Source of the DNA: Lama glama | Lineage: Eukaryota | Assembly (NCBI GenBank): GCA_028534125.1 | Contig: CM052832.1 | Span: forward strand, 17,920,001-17,984,000 | DNA: 64,000 nt | Direction of reading: 5' to 3' | Shown here: one piece after another, positions 13,278 through 26,764 of the stretch | How the letters are laid out: every line of letters starts with the position of its first letter | How positions within the stretch are numbered: the stretch's first letter is position 1 | Translations under genes and position numbers: made by a program | Notes under the pieces: model-generated | Seen by the model: the letters and a program-made list of their open reading frames with translations, nothing else | Told to the model about the DNA's origin: nothing | The model's database searches: none

Positions 13278-13750
13278 TATGCAGAAAATTTTCCCTTCTT
13301 CTTTCTAGGCTCTTTGGTTAATCTAATAATTAAGTTGACATGAACAATTAACAGGAAAAAACTAATTTTGTACATACGGGAATCCCAAAGATATGGGACT
13401 CAAGGGCAAATTGGCCAATGGAGGCTTATATGCCATCCTGAGCTAAGGAATGGGATAGGGGACTAGGGCTTCAAAAGAGAGGAGAATAATTCACAGGACA
13501 ATAAGAAGAGCAGATATTTGGTAATTAGAATTTGGTCCTACCATACAGGTAGGTCTTTCAGCTTAAAAACAAAATTATACCTAGTAATAGCTCTTTTTCT
13601 AGTACAGGCCTCCTATCTAACTTCTTTTAGTTAGTTAAGGTAGGTAGTTAAAATTTTTCCTGAGTCTGTTAGGTCTTAATTGCCTTCAGTACAATTCACC
13701 TGCCAAAGCGGTGTGTTTGGGGGTGGTATATTCTGTTCCCTTTTAACATC
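13278..13750. mobile_element. Probable ERV LTR remnant
   Basis: LTR-like text (ggaggcttatatgccatcctgagctaaggaatggg..., ttaggtcttaattgccttcag...gggtggtatattctgttccc). Family not determined. Confidence 0.45.
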
Positions 13751-15324
13751 TAACTCTGGGGAAATTAATGTTTTTTTGCTCTTTAAAGAGACATGTTGTT
13801 ATCTTTTCCTACTAACAGGAAGAATACCTATTATGTGATATCTTAATTCCAAAATCTATAGTCAAACTACAAAAAAATCAATGGGTGATTCTGTAGTCAA
13901 GGTAAATTTCTAACCTATTTTTTTCTATTTTTTGTTTGGAACTTTTAATCTACTTTTTCTTGCTTTTTAAAAAAAACTAATCTTTTTTATTTTCCATGTA
14001 AATCTCTGTTTCATTGATTCTAGAATATTCACCTATATTTTTTCTACTTTTCCTTTCTTCATTTGTATCTAATTTTTTATTTAGCTCCTTCTTTGAGTGT
14101 TAAATGACATGCAATATTTTAAATGAAAAGTTTTTAATTTTAATATGATCAAAGTTGCCAATCTTTGTCACTATAATTGGATTTTTCCCTTTTATTTAAA
14201 AGTCCTTAAAGATAGTCTTCATTGGTAGCCTTTAAATGTTTACATTTTGTCTCCCCCCAAAATGAAATTCACTTTAAGGTCAGTTCAGTACAATTCAATT
14301 CAGATAACCACATTTAAAAAAAATCTGCTGAGGGAGTACTACAGGGGTGTGTATAAGCACTGCTAACCAATGGGATTTCAAAATAAAGTTTCAGCATTCT
14401 TCCCCTGAATACATCTGGCTCCCTCTTTGCAGATTCAGGACCTGCCTTTTCAAAGGTGAGAGCAAGATAGTAAAGAAGGTAGGGTTACAGGAAAGAGAAC
14501 CAGTCACTATGGAAATCTGGGGAGCAGGAGCAGCGACATAATTTACACGACCCAATGAAAAATGAAAATGAGGGCCGCTTGTTCAAAAAGCAGGAAGAAA
14601 GCGCTGTTAAAATTATGAAAATATACCTATATGAGTGTGGGCTAGAGTATCACTCCCACTAAGACTCCCACCCGACTTACCCTGGCACTGCCAGGCTGCT
14701 AGCCTGGGGCGGGGACAGCAGACTATAGCACACCCCAAGAGACACAAGGGTTAGGCCACTGGACCCTGACCCCTCTTCCCTAGACCTCCCAGGGGGCTTA
14801 CTGCTGGAAGCAGGTGTAGGGGTAGGCGCGGTAGGAGAGCAGGGCAGTTCTCAGCCACAGGGTTAATTGGCTGCTGAAAACCCATGTCTGGGAGGCAGGA
14901 CCTGTGAGGCTCCAACTAAAGCCTTACACCTGCACATGTTCCAGGTCCTACTGAACCTCACAAAACATATGTAAAGGTAAAACTGTTGGGAATTTCAAGA
15001 GAGCAATTGCAGAACATTAAACCCCAAGAGCAGGATCCTTCTGAGGGCGGGTGTGGGGGCAGTGACTTGTATGACTGTGTAGGTCCCATAAAGCTGGCCC
15101 TTTTGAGGAGCATAAATCATATATAGAACCTTGTGGAAGAGATACTGACTTGGTCCCTCTGGTGATGAAAGTTCACCTGCAGCTCCTTTAGCAACTACAA
15201 GCTATAGCTGAACTGTGACTGCAACATGGGCCTTTTAAATAAGAACTGTAAACAGATAAATAGAAATGGAAAGATAATTTTGAACCTAAAGATGGAACAG
15301 TAAGGAGCAAGCAGTAGAAATGAA

Positions 15325-15397
15325 GGGGAGGGTATAGCTCGTGGTAGAGTATGTTCTTAGCATGCATGAGGTACTGGGTTCAATCCTTAGTACAAAA
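15325..15397 (+). mobile_element. tRNA-derived SINE (camelid Vic-1-like), head only, with 9-bp TSD
   Basis: GGGGAGGGTATAGCTC-GTGGTAGAG...CTTAGCATGCATGAGGTACTGGGTTCAATCC, flanked by the direct repeat AGAAATGAA at 15316-15324 and 15398-15406. Confidence 0.8.
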
Positions 15398-16988
15398 AGA
15401 AATGAAATATTAAATGCCCACAAAGAGGGAGTGGTTCTCAAGGATTCAGGTTGCTTTGCTGGAATAAGAACATTTGCAGTGAGTCTTTGAAGAATTTTCT
15501 AAAAGGCCACTAAGAACGTCAGTGCCTGGACCCCAAATGGGTCGAATTTCCAAACCTTCCTTTCAATGCTTTCCTAGGGGGAGAACTCACTTAGGACTAA
15601 AAGTTACTAGTCTACAAGACCATGGCCAATGATTCTTTTTTCTGAAAGTGGTCTTTTTATTCTGTTAATGTACCTTCAGAGATTCCTGGATCTTGAATAT
15701 TGGTGGCTAGGTTTATCTCAAGAAACTCAAGTTCTCTCTAACCTTGGAAAATGATGATTTCTGGTTCTTAAGGAGTTTGGAATATTGATAACCTGTCTTT
15801 GTAAAAATCCACTTAAATAGCACCTTTGATCTCTACTTTTTTTTTTAATGTTAGAGCAATCCAAATCATACAAACAAATGTGGCATGTAACCATGAAGCT
15901 GAAAACCGAGTCTGGTTTTAAATAAGGAGGCTGCAGGTGGCTGTGGGCTCAGGTGTGAACAAAAATTCCAGTCAGGGAAGATCACCTTGGGCTTTAATAA
16001 CTGTAAGGCCAAGTGCCTAGAGAAGGAAAAGAAAAATGACCTGTGCAAACTGAGAGAAGGCTTCAAATACTTCTGAGTAAGAGGTAGCTGCTTTTTCAAG
16101 GATGCTCTAGGAGTATTCTTGGAAGGTGGGAGAAAGAAGAGAGAATTTGTGAAAGCAACAAAAAGAAGTTGAGGGAAAGGGTGCTACCTAAGAAATGAAG
16201 AGATGGAAGTTTTAAAACGGCTTTGGAGAATTCCTTGCCTGGAAGAACCAGGCTTCGCTGACAAAAACGGGTCCACAGACATAACTAGAAAGCAATCTGA
16301 GCCTCTGTTTTCTGATCCAACGTCCATAGACCAAGTGGTCAACTAACTCTCTGTCTCTGTCTGTCTCTGTCTCTCTCTCTCTCTCTCCATGTTAATAGAA
16401 ATGCCCGGTACAATCTTGTGAAGGAAATTTCCTCGTGGTGGAGGAAACAGAGCACTGAACTCCTGTGAGTCGGTGTGCAGTCTCCACGTCTTCCCCAACC
16501 CTGCGAATGATGGTTCTCAAAAGTATCTGCTTTTCCTTCTCTTCCGCCAGGTCTTCAGTTTCTCCAGGGGCACGACCATGCAGCGCGCCTACCCTGTCCT
16601 CGGCCTTGCCATTGATGAGGAGAAGCCAAGGCGTCCCAACTTCAGAGTCCGTAAGCGCGCGGTAAGGGGAGCAGGGGGGGGAAAAAAAGCCTGAGTTCTA
16701 AATCCATCCTTAGAAATCACGATGGGAGACCCTAACGGGTTGAATACTGGGTTCCTAAGAAAGGCTTTCAGAGCTTTCGTTTTCTTGAGTAGGTTTCAAA
16801 GGCGCAGAAGCCTAAGAGATTTGCTTGTTGGCAGCGATCCTGGTGGAGCAGACTCAGAATGAAAGACGGAGGTGTTAGAAAAGTTGAGCAGGGAAAAGAA
16901 GAGAGGGAGGATTGATAGACTTGCACATGCTTTTAAAATGTATACACATTAATAAGAGAACAAGATACAAGAAAGTTCCAGAGACAGG

Positions 16989-17060
16989 AGCAGAGTGGCG
17001 CAGCGGAAGCGTGCTGGGCCCATAACCCAGAGGTCGATGGATCGAAACCATCCTCTGCTA
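16989..17060 (+). tRNA. Initiator tRNA-Met(CAT)
   Basis: AGCAGAGTGGCGCAGCGGAAGCGTGCTGGGCC-CAT-AACCCAGAGGTCGATGGATCGAAACCATCCTCTGCTA matches the canonical vertebrate initiator. TTTT lies about 12 nt downstream. Confidence 0.98.
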
Positions 17061-18159
17061 CAATCGCTGTTCTTTTCTCCCCACAACGTTGGGCCAACAC
17101 ACATTGTTCTCTTCATTAATTTCCAAGATTAATTTCCAAGATTCCCACAAGAACACCAGGCAAAGGCAAGCAAGCTGAAGTACTCATAACAGTGACACTA
17201 TTGACTTACATTTCTTGTTTTCTTTTGGATATTGATGAAAATCACCCTATATCAAAAATGTGTCTTGAGTGAAGACCTACTGAGACATGCAGTGAATGTT
17301 GTTTCATCTGTCTGGTCCTTACTGTCTTTAAATAAAATGGAAAGCAAAACAAAATGTGGAGTTGAAAAGTAAAATAGAACAGGGATAAATGTGGACTCCC
17401 CAAACTGGCAAATGGGAGGTTGAAGAGATGAAGCAGAGAGAAGAGCGGAAAAGGAGATTGGGGAAAGGGTGAAGAAAGGGAGTATGGAGGAATGGTGAGG
17501 AAAAGTGGGCGTGCTGAAAAATGAAATGTGCAAAAATTCTGGAGAAGTGGGGTTTCAGGGAGTTAGTTTCCTGGACGGAAGCCCCACTTCGAAGTGGGTG
17601 TAATGTTTGTTTCTTGCTCTGGCATTAGAATTCCAGGAAACCTCAACTCTGAAAGAAAACACTGGAGGAAACAACGGGAAATGAACCTCTTCCTTGTGTC
17701 ATAATTGTCATTCTTTACCCAATTTCTGATTCTCCTGAAGGTCTTCCCACTTACTGAAGCTATTAGTGAAATGGGTACTCGGTAAACTGATGAAGCAGCC
17801 AGCTCGCCCTCTCTAAAGCCTCTTCTAACGAGTAGGTGAGGCCTCTAAGGGCTGTCTGACATCATTAACTGCTGCAATATTCCCTCCCCAGTGGATCCCA
17901 CCCGTACTCTGAACATGATTCCCCGCCCCCCCACCCTGCTCCCTGCAATAAATGCTGCATGATAATCGTCTGTGCAAGGAGGAAACAATTTGGAGGTTAA
18001 ATGGAATGCTCAATACAGTCTAGGTCAGTAGCAGCATGGGGACAGGGGCACGAAATTAGTGCCTCTGGAAGATCCTAGTAATCTCCAAAATCATAACTAT
18101 CACTAGCATTTATGCTGTTCTATTCATTTTATGTACTGGATTATAATTTCTCTTACAGA

Positions 18160-18232
18160 GCCTGGGTAGCTCAGTCGGTAGAGCATCAGACTTTTAATCT
18201 GAGGGTCCAGGGTTCAAGTCCCTGTTCAGGCA
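18160..18232 (+). tRNA. tRNA-Lys(TTT), variant (G7, A73)
   Basis: GCCTGGGTAGCTCAGTCGGTAGAGCATCAGACT-TTT-AATCTGAGGGTCCAGGGTTCAAGTCCCTGTTCAGGCA. Differs from the copy at 23870 at positions 7 and 73. Confidence 0.93.
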
Positions 18233-19399
18233 ATGTGTCCTTCTTTCTTACTTAAATCTAGGTAACAGAGTCTATTTAAGAATGCCCCTGAAAGGGGGGG
18301 GGGGGGGTACTTAATAGCCAATGCAGATACTAAAGTAGTTTATGTTCTAATTTTTCATTGATTTTTCTTTCCCAATAATAACAGAAACATTTCCCCCAAG
18401 TTTCTAAGAGGAATTGGAAACGGGCATCATATAAAAATAAACTAGTGACAGAATTATTGACAAGTAAGGCATTTTAAAAATCCCTTCAAACGATTCATTA
18501 ATCTGGAAGTGGAGGGAAGCAATTTGGGTGGACCCAATTAGAATGTAAGACAGCAATGACTTCGAATAATTTGTCTCTGAAGTACTCAACTATTTGGACC
18601 ATTTCTTCTTACTTAGAAAATTTGTGCCACTTTGCAAAAGGCCCTGGTTGAAAAACCCATATTCAAACAATTTTAAAATTGTCTTAACTGTCTTTTTTGT
18701 GTTTACACTTAAAAAGTCTCTGGCTATTATCAAGGGATTCAGATTATGGTTAAAGACCCTGATCATGGGCTTCTAGTGCATGGTTTCTGTGGGCAGTGTG
18801 TTAAACCATGGTGTTGGGGGACAAGAAGGGCCAGTGTCTCAGGTGGTAAAAGAATTTACCAAAGACAATGAAAATAGAGAAGGAGTTTATTAGGTTACGC
18901 TGTCATAGACAACAACTTGCCACACAGACGAGAGGTACCTGTGTGAGCACTTTTTATTAGGGAGGGTTACATCAGGTACCACACAAGTTGTAATTAGCTG
19001 TAGGTGAGGAAAGAAGTTTAGGGTCTGTGAAGGGTGGTGGAATATGCCTCTGATAAGGTGGAGACATGTGCTGAAATGAACTAGCCTGAGCTATTATGCG
19101 ATTAGGCATTACCTAGGGCTATTAGTTTGTTAGGGCAAACACTCCCAGTAAAGAATGTACTTTATCTGTTGAGGGATCACATGCAGACATCTACAAGCCC
19201 AGGAATGGGGTTCATTGGATTTCAAAGGACGCCATTTGGCCCCACACATGGCACTGTGAAACAAAGTTTCTGAGAATTCAATGTTTGTTAAAATTTTTTT
19301 TTTGTTTTTAGTCTTATGATATGTCCTCAAAATACATACTCAAAGAAATGTCACTCTCCTCATTGATTCTTTCCCTTTCCTTCCCTCCATCTTTCTCAA

Positions 19400-20870
19400 C
19401 TCATTCCCACCTTCCTTCTATAGGTAAACAGTCTCACCAGTTTCTGGTTTATCCTTCCTCTATCTCTTTTTGAATAAACAAGCAAATACATATTTAAAAT
19501 TTTTTTCTCTTCTTAGTCTAAAGGTGGTATGCTATAGATATTGTTTGCACTTAAAAAAAAAAAACTTAGCAATATATCTTAGAAGTCACTCCATGTCAGT
19601 TCTTAGAGATCTTCTCGGTTCTTTTTTTTTCCCCCCAACAGCTGCATAAGTGCTCCATTGTGTGGAAGTAACAATCTTTTTAACCATTTTCTTATGTTTA
19701 AGCGCTTGGGGTGTTGTGCAATTACAAGCAATGCTGCAATAAACAAATAAGCATGAATATTTTCATTTTGTTGGAGGCAGATTTTCAGGGTAAAATGTTA
19801 GAATTGGGATTGTTGGGTGAAATGATGAATGTATATGTAATTTTGTTACATATAGCCAAATTTCCCTCCATAAAGGTTGTATCAATTTGCATTCCCACAA
19901 GCAATAAAAACGAGTGCCTGTTCCCCATAGCCTTGACATACTTTTTAAATTCTGCAAATCTGATGGCAGAAAAATGGTATCTCAGTTTGGTTTCCATTTG
20001 CATTTCTTTATCTGTTAGAAAGTTTGGACGTACATATAAGGGCCATTTTTAATATCCTTTAAACATTATCTATTACTGCTTTTTGCCTATTTTACTATAA
20101 AGTTGTGGCCTTTTCTTTCTATTGTTAATGATTCATTAATAGCTAAACAGTTTTATTCTTCTATTTTAGAGATAGTAACCCTTTATCTGTGATATAAATT
20201 GCAGATGCTCCCTCCTCCTCTTCCATTCCTCCAAACCCATTTATGAGTTGTCTTTAGAGTTTGTTTACTTTTTTTGTAATGTAAACATTTCTAGGTACTT
20301 AAATATATCAAAATTTTAAATAATATTCGAATTTTAAGTCAAAATTAAAAAATTCTTCCTACATCCAGGTTACAAGGGAATTCACATGTGATTCTTGCTA
20401 ATGCTTGCTAGTCATCAATGTTTACATTCAGATTATTGATCCATTTGGAGTTTATTCTTGGATAAGACATGAGGTTTGAATTTCATTTTAGCTGTTTCTA
20501 ATTGACTAGCACATTGTTCCTGAGCTATTTATCAAAATGTCTATCTTTGTACCTGTGGTTTGAAATGCATTCTTTATCATATATTATATATTCTTCTGTG
20601 ATTTGGACTTTGTATTCCATTACACTGATCTGTTTGTCTATTCATTTATGAGCACCACTATGTTTTGATTATAGATGTCTTGAGTATGTTTTAATATCTG
20701 GGAGGGCTATCCCTCTCTGTCATCTAGTATGAGTAGACGTTAAGCCAGATAAAAAGTTCTGCAAGCTTGTTGGCAATTTTCTCCTTATTTTTGTAAAATT
20801 GTCCTTGCTATATAGTGCCCTATGTGCTTACATACAGTTTTACAACAGTTTATTAAGTTCTTAGAAACTC
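19400..20870 (-). mobile_element. Old L1 (ORF2 3' part/3' UTR) fragment
   Basis: Antisense L1 text such as tatcaatttgcattcccacaagcaat, tggtatctcagtttggtttccatttgcatttctt, tgatccatttggagtttatt and gagcaccactatgttttgattatag. Confidence 0.7.
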
Positions 20871-21259
20871 ACATTTGTGTGAGAAAAAATCCCAGGGGAA
20901 GGCGATCCTTGAAGTAAATCTGAAATAATGAATACACTTGAGATGAAGAGGAAGGTGAGTTATTTGAGCGAAGGAAGTTTTTTTTGGTTTTGTTTTTTAA
21001 GTTTAATGCATTTCTTGCTATTAATGAACACTTCTTTGCCATTAGTGATAAAACTTTTTATGATAATGTTATAATATTTTGTGCTGTCGTCAATAGAATT
21101 TCGAAGTAACATGGGGAATTCCATCTTACAGAATCTTACAACAGATTCTTTTTATGAAGATCTATGAAATTCCCAGGAATTCACTACCCAGAAAAAGTTC
21201 AGGACCCAACCTGTAAATGGCTCTCCAATAGAAATACTTTTAAACGTGCAGTGGCACCT

Positions 21260-21331
21260 TCCTCGTTAGTATAGTGGTGAGTATCCCCGCCTGTCACGCG
21301 AGAGACCGGGATTCGATTCCTCGACGGGGAG
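21260..21331 (+). pseudogene. tRNA-Asp(GTC) with three damaging substitutions (probable pseudogene)
   Basis: Matches the canonical Asp-GTC sequence except G>A at 21301 (anticodon stem C-A mismatch), G>A at 21311 (invariant G53 of the B box) and C>T at 21321 (T stem). Confidence 0.85.
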
Positions 21332-23573
21332 ACTGTGTTTTGAACTTTTACCTAGGAAATCCCTTCTGCCTATTTTTGTTGTTGTTGTTATCTTGTGGGT
21401 AATCTTTCTGCTTCTATCTCTTTTTGTTGTTTTGTTTTAAGTCGAATTCCTCCATGTTGGTTTATCAGTGCGTTCACCAGGCAAGCAACGGTCTTCTGAT
21501 GGAAATCCACTGCCACCTTCTCTCTGGGAAAAGTCACCGAGGGCACGGGGATTCAAAATGTACCCATTGGCTCTGGAAATATTCCAGGATCTTGAAATAA
21601 AATTTTCATTTATAGACTGTTTCAGGTGATGGAGACGTTGCTTGCGCAGGAACAGCCCTTGGAAAGCTTTCAATGGTCCCCAAATTTTGATGCACTTTTA
21701 TAGCCTCGGAGCTTCTAAAATACCTGTTGGAGGAGTAGCACCCTGTCCTCGTTAAATTATAATGTCTTGCGGGTGGGAGTCAGGCTTCAGTAGGTTTTTA
21801 AAAAATTCCTAAGTGATTCCATTTTGCCTCAAAGTTTGGGAGCCACTGGTCATTTCTCTGCCATTAGTTACTCTGATTGTGTTATTAACATATTCAAATT
21901 TTTATTGTATTTAATATAAAATTTAAACTATTTGTATAGCGTTTAAAAAAAAGAAACCTGCTAGTGATCTAACATAGATCATATTGTTACTACCCATTAC
22001 ATAGCAACAACAGAAGTAACTTTGTTTCTCCTCCAAATCATGTAGTCACTGCAGAATGCCAAAGTGTGCAGTAGGGATAGAATGTTTCAATTCATGTAAA
22101 AATACGGACATTTGCACTGACACCCTCCATAGCTCTAATTTGCTAAAGTACTTTAATTTTTAAATGTAAAAATGAAAACCTATAGTGTTGGTCAAAAAAG
22201 AAGTGCATGATAATTAACATTGAAGTTATTAGGTATTAGCTAATGTAAGTTATACAGTACATCTAAATATATACAATGTGGATATACTTGGATATTTTAT
22301 ACTTGGATATTTTGAAATTTGGACAAATACTTGTAAAAATTGCTGAACTTGTAAGCAAAACTTTTAAAGTCTGATGATTCTTGATATTTACACAATTATG
22401 TTTAGTAAAATGGACTTTTAAATTTTTTATTTGGAAATAATTTCAAACTTAAAAAGATTGCAAAAATAAAAATACAACAGGGAACACCCTTTACCCAGAT
22501 TCGCCTTGTCTTAACATTTTATCCCATTTGTTTTTGTCATTTTCTCTAGTGTATCATATTTTTTTCTGGATCGTTTAAAGTACATCACATAAACTTTGTT
22601 ACTTTCTTCCTAAATATGTCAGTAAGCATTGCGTAAAAACAGGGTTATTCTCTTACATGACCACAGTACAAATGAAAGTGTAGGAAACTAACTAAATGGT
22701 TTCCTGATGCTAAAACTTTTTGCCCATTCACTCTGATTTGGCAAGCCCTCATCTCTGTTTAACTTGCCCAACTACTTTTGTGCTAAACAGCCCCTAACAC
22801 TCTCCACTCCCTATACATTATCTTTTAACCCAAAAGCTGCGTTCCAAGAAGAAGACCATGGACTGATAATCTCAGAAGAATGAATAGACCCTCCGGAGCT
22901 TATATAAACACAGTCAAACACATTGCTCTCCATTTCTTGTCCTGTTTCAAGAATCTAAATTTTCATTACTCTCAGTGTTTTAAAAACTGATATTATTGTG
23001 GAACATCACCAGATCTTTTGTTGTCTGTGTCTGTCTGCCTCAATACTTCCTTCCCTCTTCTGCAAAGGTGCTCAAAAATGTGAATGTGACTGTGGCTGTG
23101 AATATTACTTGTTCAAAGACCAGGCTATTCCTGTCGAAGGAAATGGAGCTCAAGATATGATGTGGTGAAACATCTTCAAGGAGGACTCGGAATACTGTGG
23201 AACCTCCAGGTATTTGAGGCAGTGCATTAGTGTTTCCACTTGGTATTTGTAAGTCAGAAAGGAAAAGCTTACGTGGCAAATCAGAAATAATAGAGAAGAA
23301 AGCAGAGAAGAGGGAAAAGGAGGAGGGGATGCTGAGGAGAGGTGGGGAAAAGGAGGAGGAAGGTGACAGTAGGGCGCAAGCTGAAAACTGAGAAAGGAGA
23401 TTCTGAAGGAGATGGCTTTTTCCAATTAAGGAAATTCTTTGAAGTGGTTGTCACCCTCTCTTTTGTCTCTGACTCTGAAGACCCTGGGTAGACTCCGAAG
23501 AACCCATGAAACCCCAGTTATGAAAATATAGAAAGAATTATGAATGGGGCAACAAGCTTGAATCCCCTGTCTC

Positions 23574-23687
23574 TTTTTTGAAGGGTAGGGTAATTAGGTT
23601 TATTCATTTTAATGGGGGTACTGGGAATTGAACCCAGGATGTCATGCATGCTAAGTGAGCACTCTACCGTTGAGCTACACCCTCCCC
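23574..23687 (-). mobile_element. tRNA-derived SINE (camelid Vic-1-like)
   Basis: Reverse complement reads GGGGAGGGTGTAGCTCAACGGTAGAGTGCTCACTTAGCATGCATGACATCCTGGGTTCAATTCCCAGTACCCCCATTAAAATGAATAAACCTAATTACCC followed by an A tail. Confidence 0.85.
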
Positions 23688-23869
23688 CTCCATCCCTACC
23701 TTTTGATTCTCCTGAGGTTTCTCATTGCTTACTCCAATCTTTACTAAATAAGACACATCCTCTCTTCAAGTTCATAAAAGAACTCAGTGCCCTGCTCTTT
23801 TCCAAAGTCCAGGGTTTCTTTTCTATTTGTGGCTAAGAAGAAAAAAAAAAAAAAAAACAGAGAGTATGC

Positions 23870-23942
23870 CGCCTGAACAGGGACTTGAACCCTGGACCCT
23901 CAGATTAAAAGTCTGATGCTCTACCGACTGAGCTATCCAGGC
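23870..23942 (-). tRNA. tRNA-Lys(TTT)
   Basis: Reverse complement reads GCCTGGATAGCTCAGTCGGTAGAGCATCAGACT-TTT-AATCTGAGGGTCCAGGGTTCAAGTCCCTGTTCAGGCG. A long oligo-T terminator lies at 23841-23857. Confidence 0.98.
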
Positions 23943-25526
23943 CCTCTCTTTGGGGGTTAATTCATCCTATAAATAAGTAAACCCCATTGGCAATTTCGAT
24001 TCCCAGGAAAAGCTGAAACAATTCCTGGGTTCAGGAACAACTGGGGTTTTCCAGCTCGATCACTTGGGTCATTTACTCACCAAGCAGATCGTTTAAACTC
24101 TGCACTATACATTCATTAAGCACACTTTTTAATTGCTGGAAGAATGAAAATTATTGCCGAAGGATATTCGCCCATCTGGCCAGAAGGACCCTCGGAGATC
24201 ACATTTACTCTTCAGATTTGTTTGAAGAGCAGACCTGCAGGATCCCTCACCAACCTGTGGGGGCACCCAGAAGAGATGACCATTTTTAGGAACAATCGAG
24301 GTAACTGAGGAGAATCCTCAAGAGAATGAAAAGATAGAGAAAGCAGATGAAGTTTATAACTTTGACACAATGCAGGGGAGTCAAATCCGGTTGCCCCCTT
24401 CAATATTTTCCCTGCAGTTTCAGAAATGGGACGTCTGGGTTCTTCAGGGTTATGGGGGAAAATTCCAAAGCCTTCTCTGGTTTTCTCCTCTACATTTTAT
24501 CTTGAGGGTCAATTCATTCAAAGACAGGAATGACTTGCCTGTTAAGGAAATTTTGTTCGTGGTTCATTCAGTGTTTACTGGCTCAAGAGATACTTTGGGG
24601 GCATCTGTGGAGAGATCATGGGGACAAAATTCAGAAACATAAGCGGTAGAAGAGGAAGATAGGAAGCACTTGGTTCTGTGAGGACTGCCTAACCCAGGAC
24701 TCCTTATTTCTGAGTCAATAACCCTTCTGTCATTTAAGATATTATTTATTGTTTTTTCTATGAAGACAAATGCAATCCTTACCAAATAGGAAAAAAATAA
24801 TGCATAAAAGTCATACAGTACCCATCATACTAACCATTATGAAGTAATGTATGTGTAAATGTCATTTTTAAAAAATATAAGTTACACACAGAATTTCAGG
24901 AACTAAACATAATATGACAATTATATGCCCAAGGAATAACATTTAGACATTACTAAATGTGGATCAGAGATCACTTGGACTTGATCTAAAAAACAAACCA
25001 TCACACCTGCAGGATTCCCCCCCTCCAATGTCCAAGTAATGTATAAAATAAACACTCTCATTCTATCTCTGAGCTTCATGCAACTTGACTCTCAAGATCA
25101 CTGATAAGATAAAAATCAGAGGTGAAAGGAAGGCTGGAATGAGAGATCAGGTGAGGACTAGGGATGGAATAGTAGGCAGGAAGGGGTAATAATCTTGATT
25201 TGGGAAAGAGTGGAGACTGGTGAAGTAATGAGATTATATGTTGCACAATTTCTCTCCTAGCTACATAAATTTCTTTGCCTTTCATTCCATTTTATCAACT
25301 TTGTCCTTGCTATTCCCTGTGCCTGAAAATATCTATCCCAGATATTCACATGATTCGATCCTTTTATTCTTTCAGATCTTTTGTTCAAATGCCACCTTCT
25401 CAATAGGACCTTCAATAATAACACTATTTACCATTGTAAAAATCTCCCTCACCTCCCGTATCTCTTCCTTGCTTAATGTTTCTTTATGGCTTTTACACCA
25501 TCTAGCTGTCTGAATATTTTAATTAT

Positions 25527-26020
25527 GAGATAGAGAAGTGCAGCCCTGGACATCGAGTAGTTGACCTGGTATTTACTGCTAGTCTTGATGGTTTTTTTGT
25601 TGAGTATCAACGATTTCCCAGAACATCACTATCAGACAAGGCCTCTCTAGTAGGTTAAGACAGAAACAACTCCATTATCATGTCTAAGCATAAATAAAAC
25701 ATGGACATTGTCCAAGCCACAGGATACTAAATATTTCCTGCTCCCACTTAATATAAATGACTGTTGTTTCTGAACTAATTTCAGCTCAATGTTTGCTCTA
25801 GTCTATTCTCCCTTTAGATAATATTTATTACAATATCCAACTACCTTCTAACAGTATAAAAACCAGTGCAAAGCCATATGTCCTTAAATCCTCCCCTAAA
25901 TCACTAATCAGCATTCAAATCACATAATCAGTTTTTTCTAACACTGTTTCTGAGACACTCCACCGCTCCCCTGGTGGTCATTCTCCCTTGCTGCAACAAT
26001 GAATAAAACCAACACTTGTT
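25527..26020 (+). mobile_element. Probable ERV LTR remnant, related to 32395-32830
   Basis: Starts TGAGA and has aataaa at about 26002. Shares motifs with 32395-32830 (gcagccc-tg-acat, gacctggtatt/gacttggtatt, cagaacatcactatcagacaaggc/cagaacaccaatgtcagtcaaggc, aaacatg). Confidence 0.5.
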
Positions 26021-26597
26021 GTCCCTGCCTGCACCCACTGCTACACTTCTGTATCTTCAGACCCAACTACAGAATCTGAGTATTCATTAAATAAGCATTG
26101 TTAAATAAATAAGTGAATAAACACATAAATAAATAAACAGAGTCAGTTTTATCCATAGGAAAGCAAAAGGTCACATTCTTGGGAAGGGAAGGTCAAGAAA
26201 GCAGCAAATATTGCCATACCCCTGGCTCCCCCAGAGAGGTTGGATCAGAATAGCTGGAACAAAATGAAGCTATTTTTATTCAGAATTGTTTGTGACCCTT
26301 TTTGGCAAGCTCTTATACAAGCAAATCCAGTTGGTGTATACTCTCTACACCTCCACGTCTTCCTTACATTATGAAGCAAAACTGAGTTTAAGTTTAAACT
26401 CATTTTAACTGAGTGGGAGTTTAAAAATTAAGTCGACGGTACTGCAAATGGGACACACTCTCGATCCATCAGGATTATCCTGCCAGCCTCATTAGTATTT
26501 AGAGTTTATTGATCCATACTCAAGTAAACAGTGAATACTGTGTCACTAAATTTTTCTACGCCTTCTTTTTGATCAGTTCATGTCTCTTCCTTCTACC

Positions 26598-26697
26598 NNN
26601 NNNNNNNNNNNNNNNNNNNNNNNNNNNNNNNNNNNNNNNNNNNNNNNNNNNNNNNNNNNNNNNNNNNNNNNNNNNNNNNNNNNNNNNNNNNNNNNNN
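26598..26697. other. Assembly gap (100 N)
   Basis: Run of exactly 100 n, the usual placeholder for a gap of unknown size. Confidence 0.99.
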
Positions 26698-26703
26698 ATA
26701 GAT

Positions 26704-26764
26704 TTCTTTTGGGGGTGGGGGGCGGGGGTGTAATTAGGTTTGTTTATTTATTTTAATGGAAGTA
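26704..26764 (-). mobile_element. 3' tail fragment of a Vic-1-like SINE
   Basis: gtaattaggtttgtttatttattttaatggaagta matches the tail of the SINE at 23574-23687. Confidence 0.65.

Noticed and set aside
17583..17598. Perfect 16-bp palindrome CCCACTTCGAAGTGGG
   Set aside because: A single short palindrome in 64 kb can arise by chance, and there is no supporting context.
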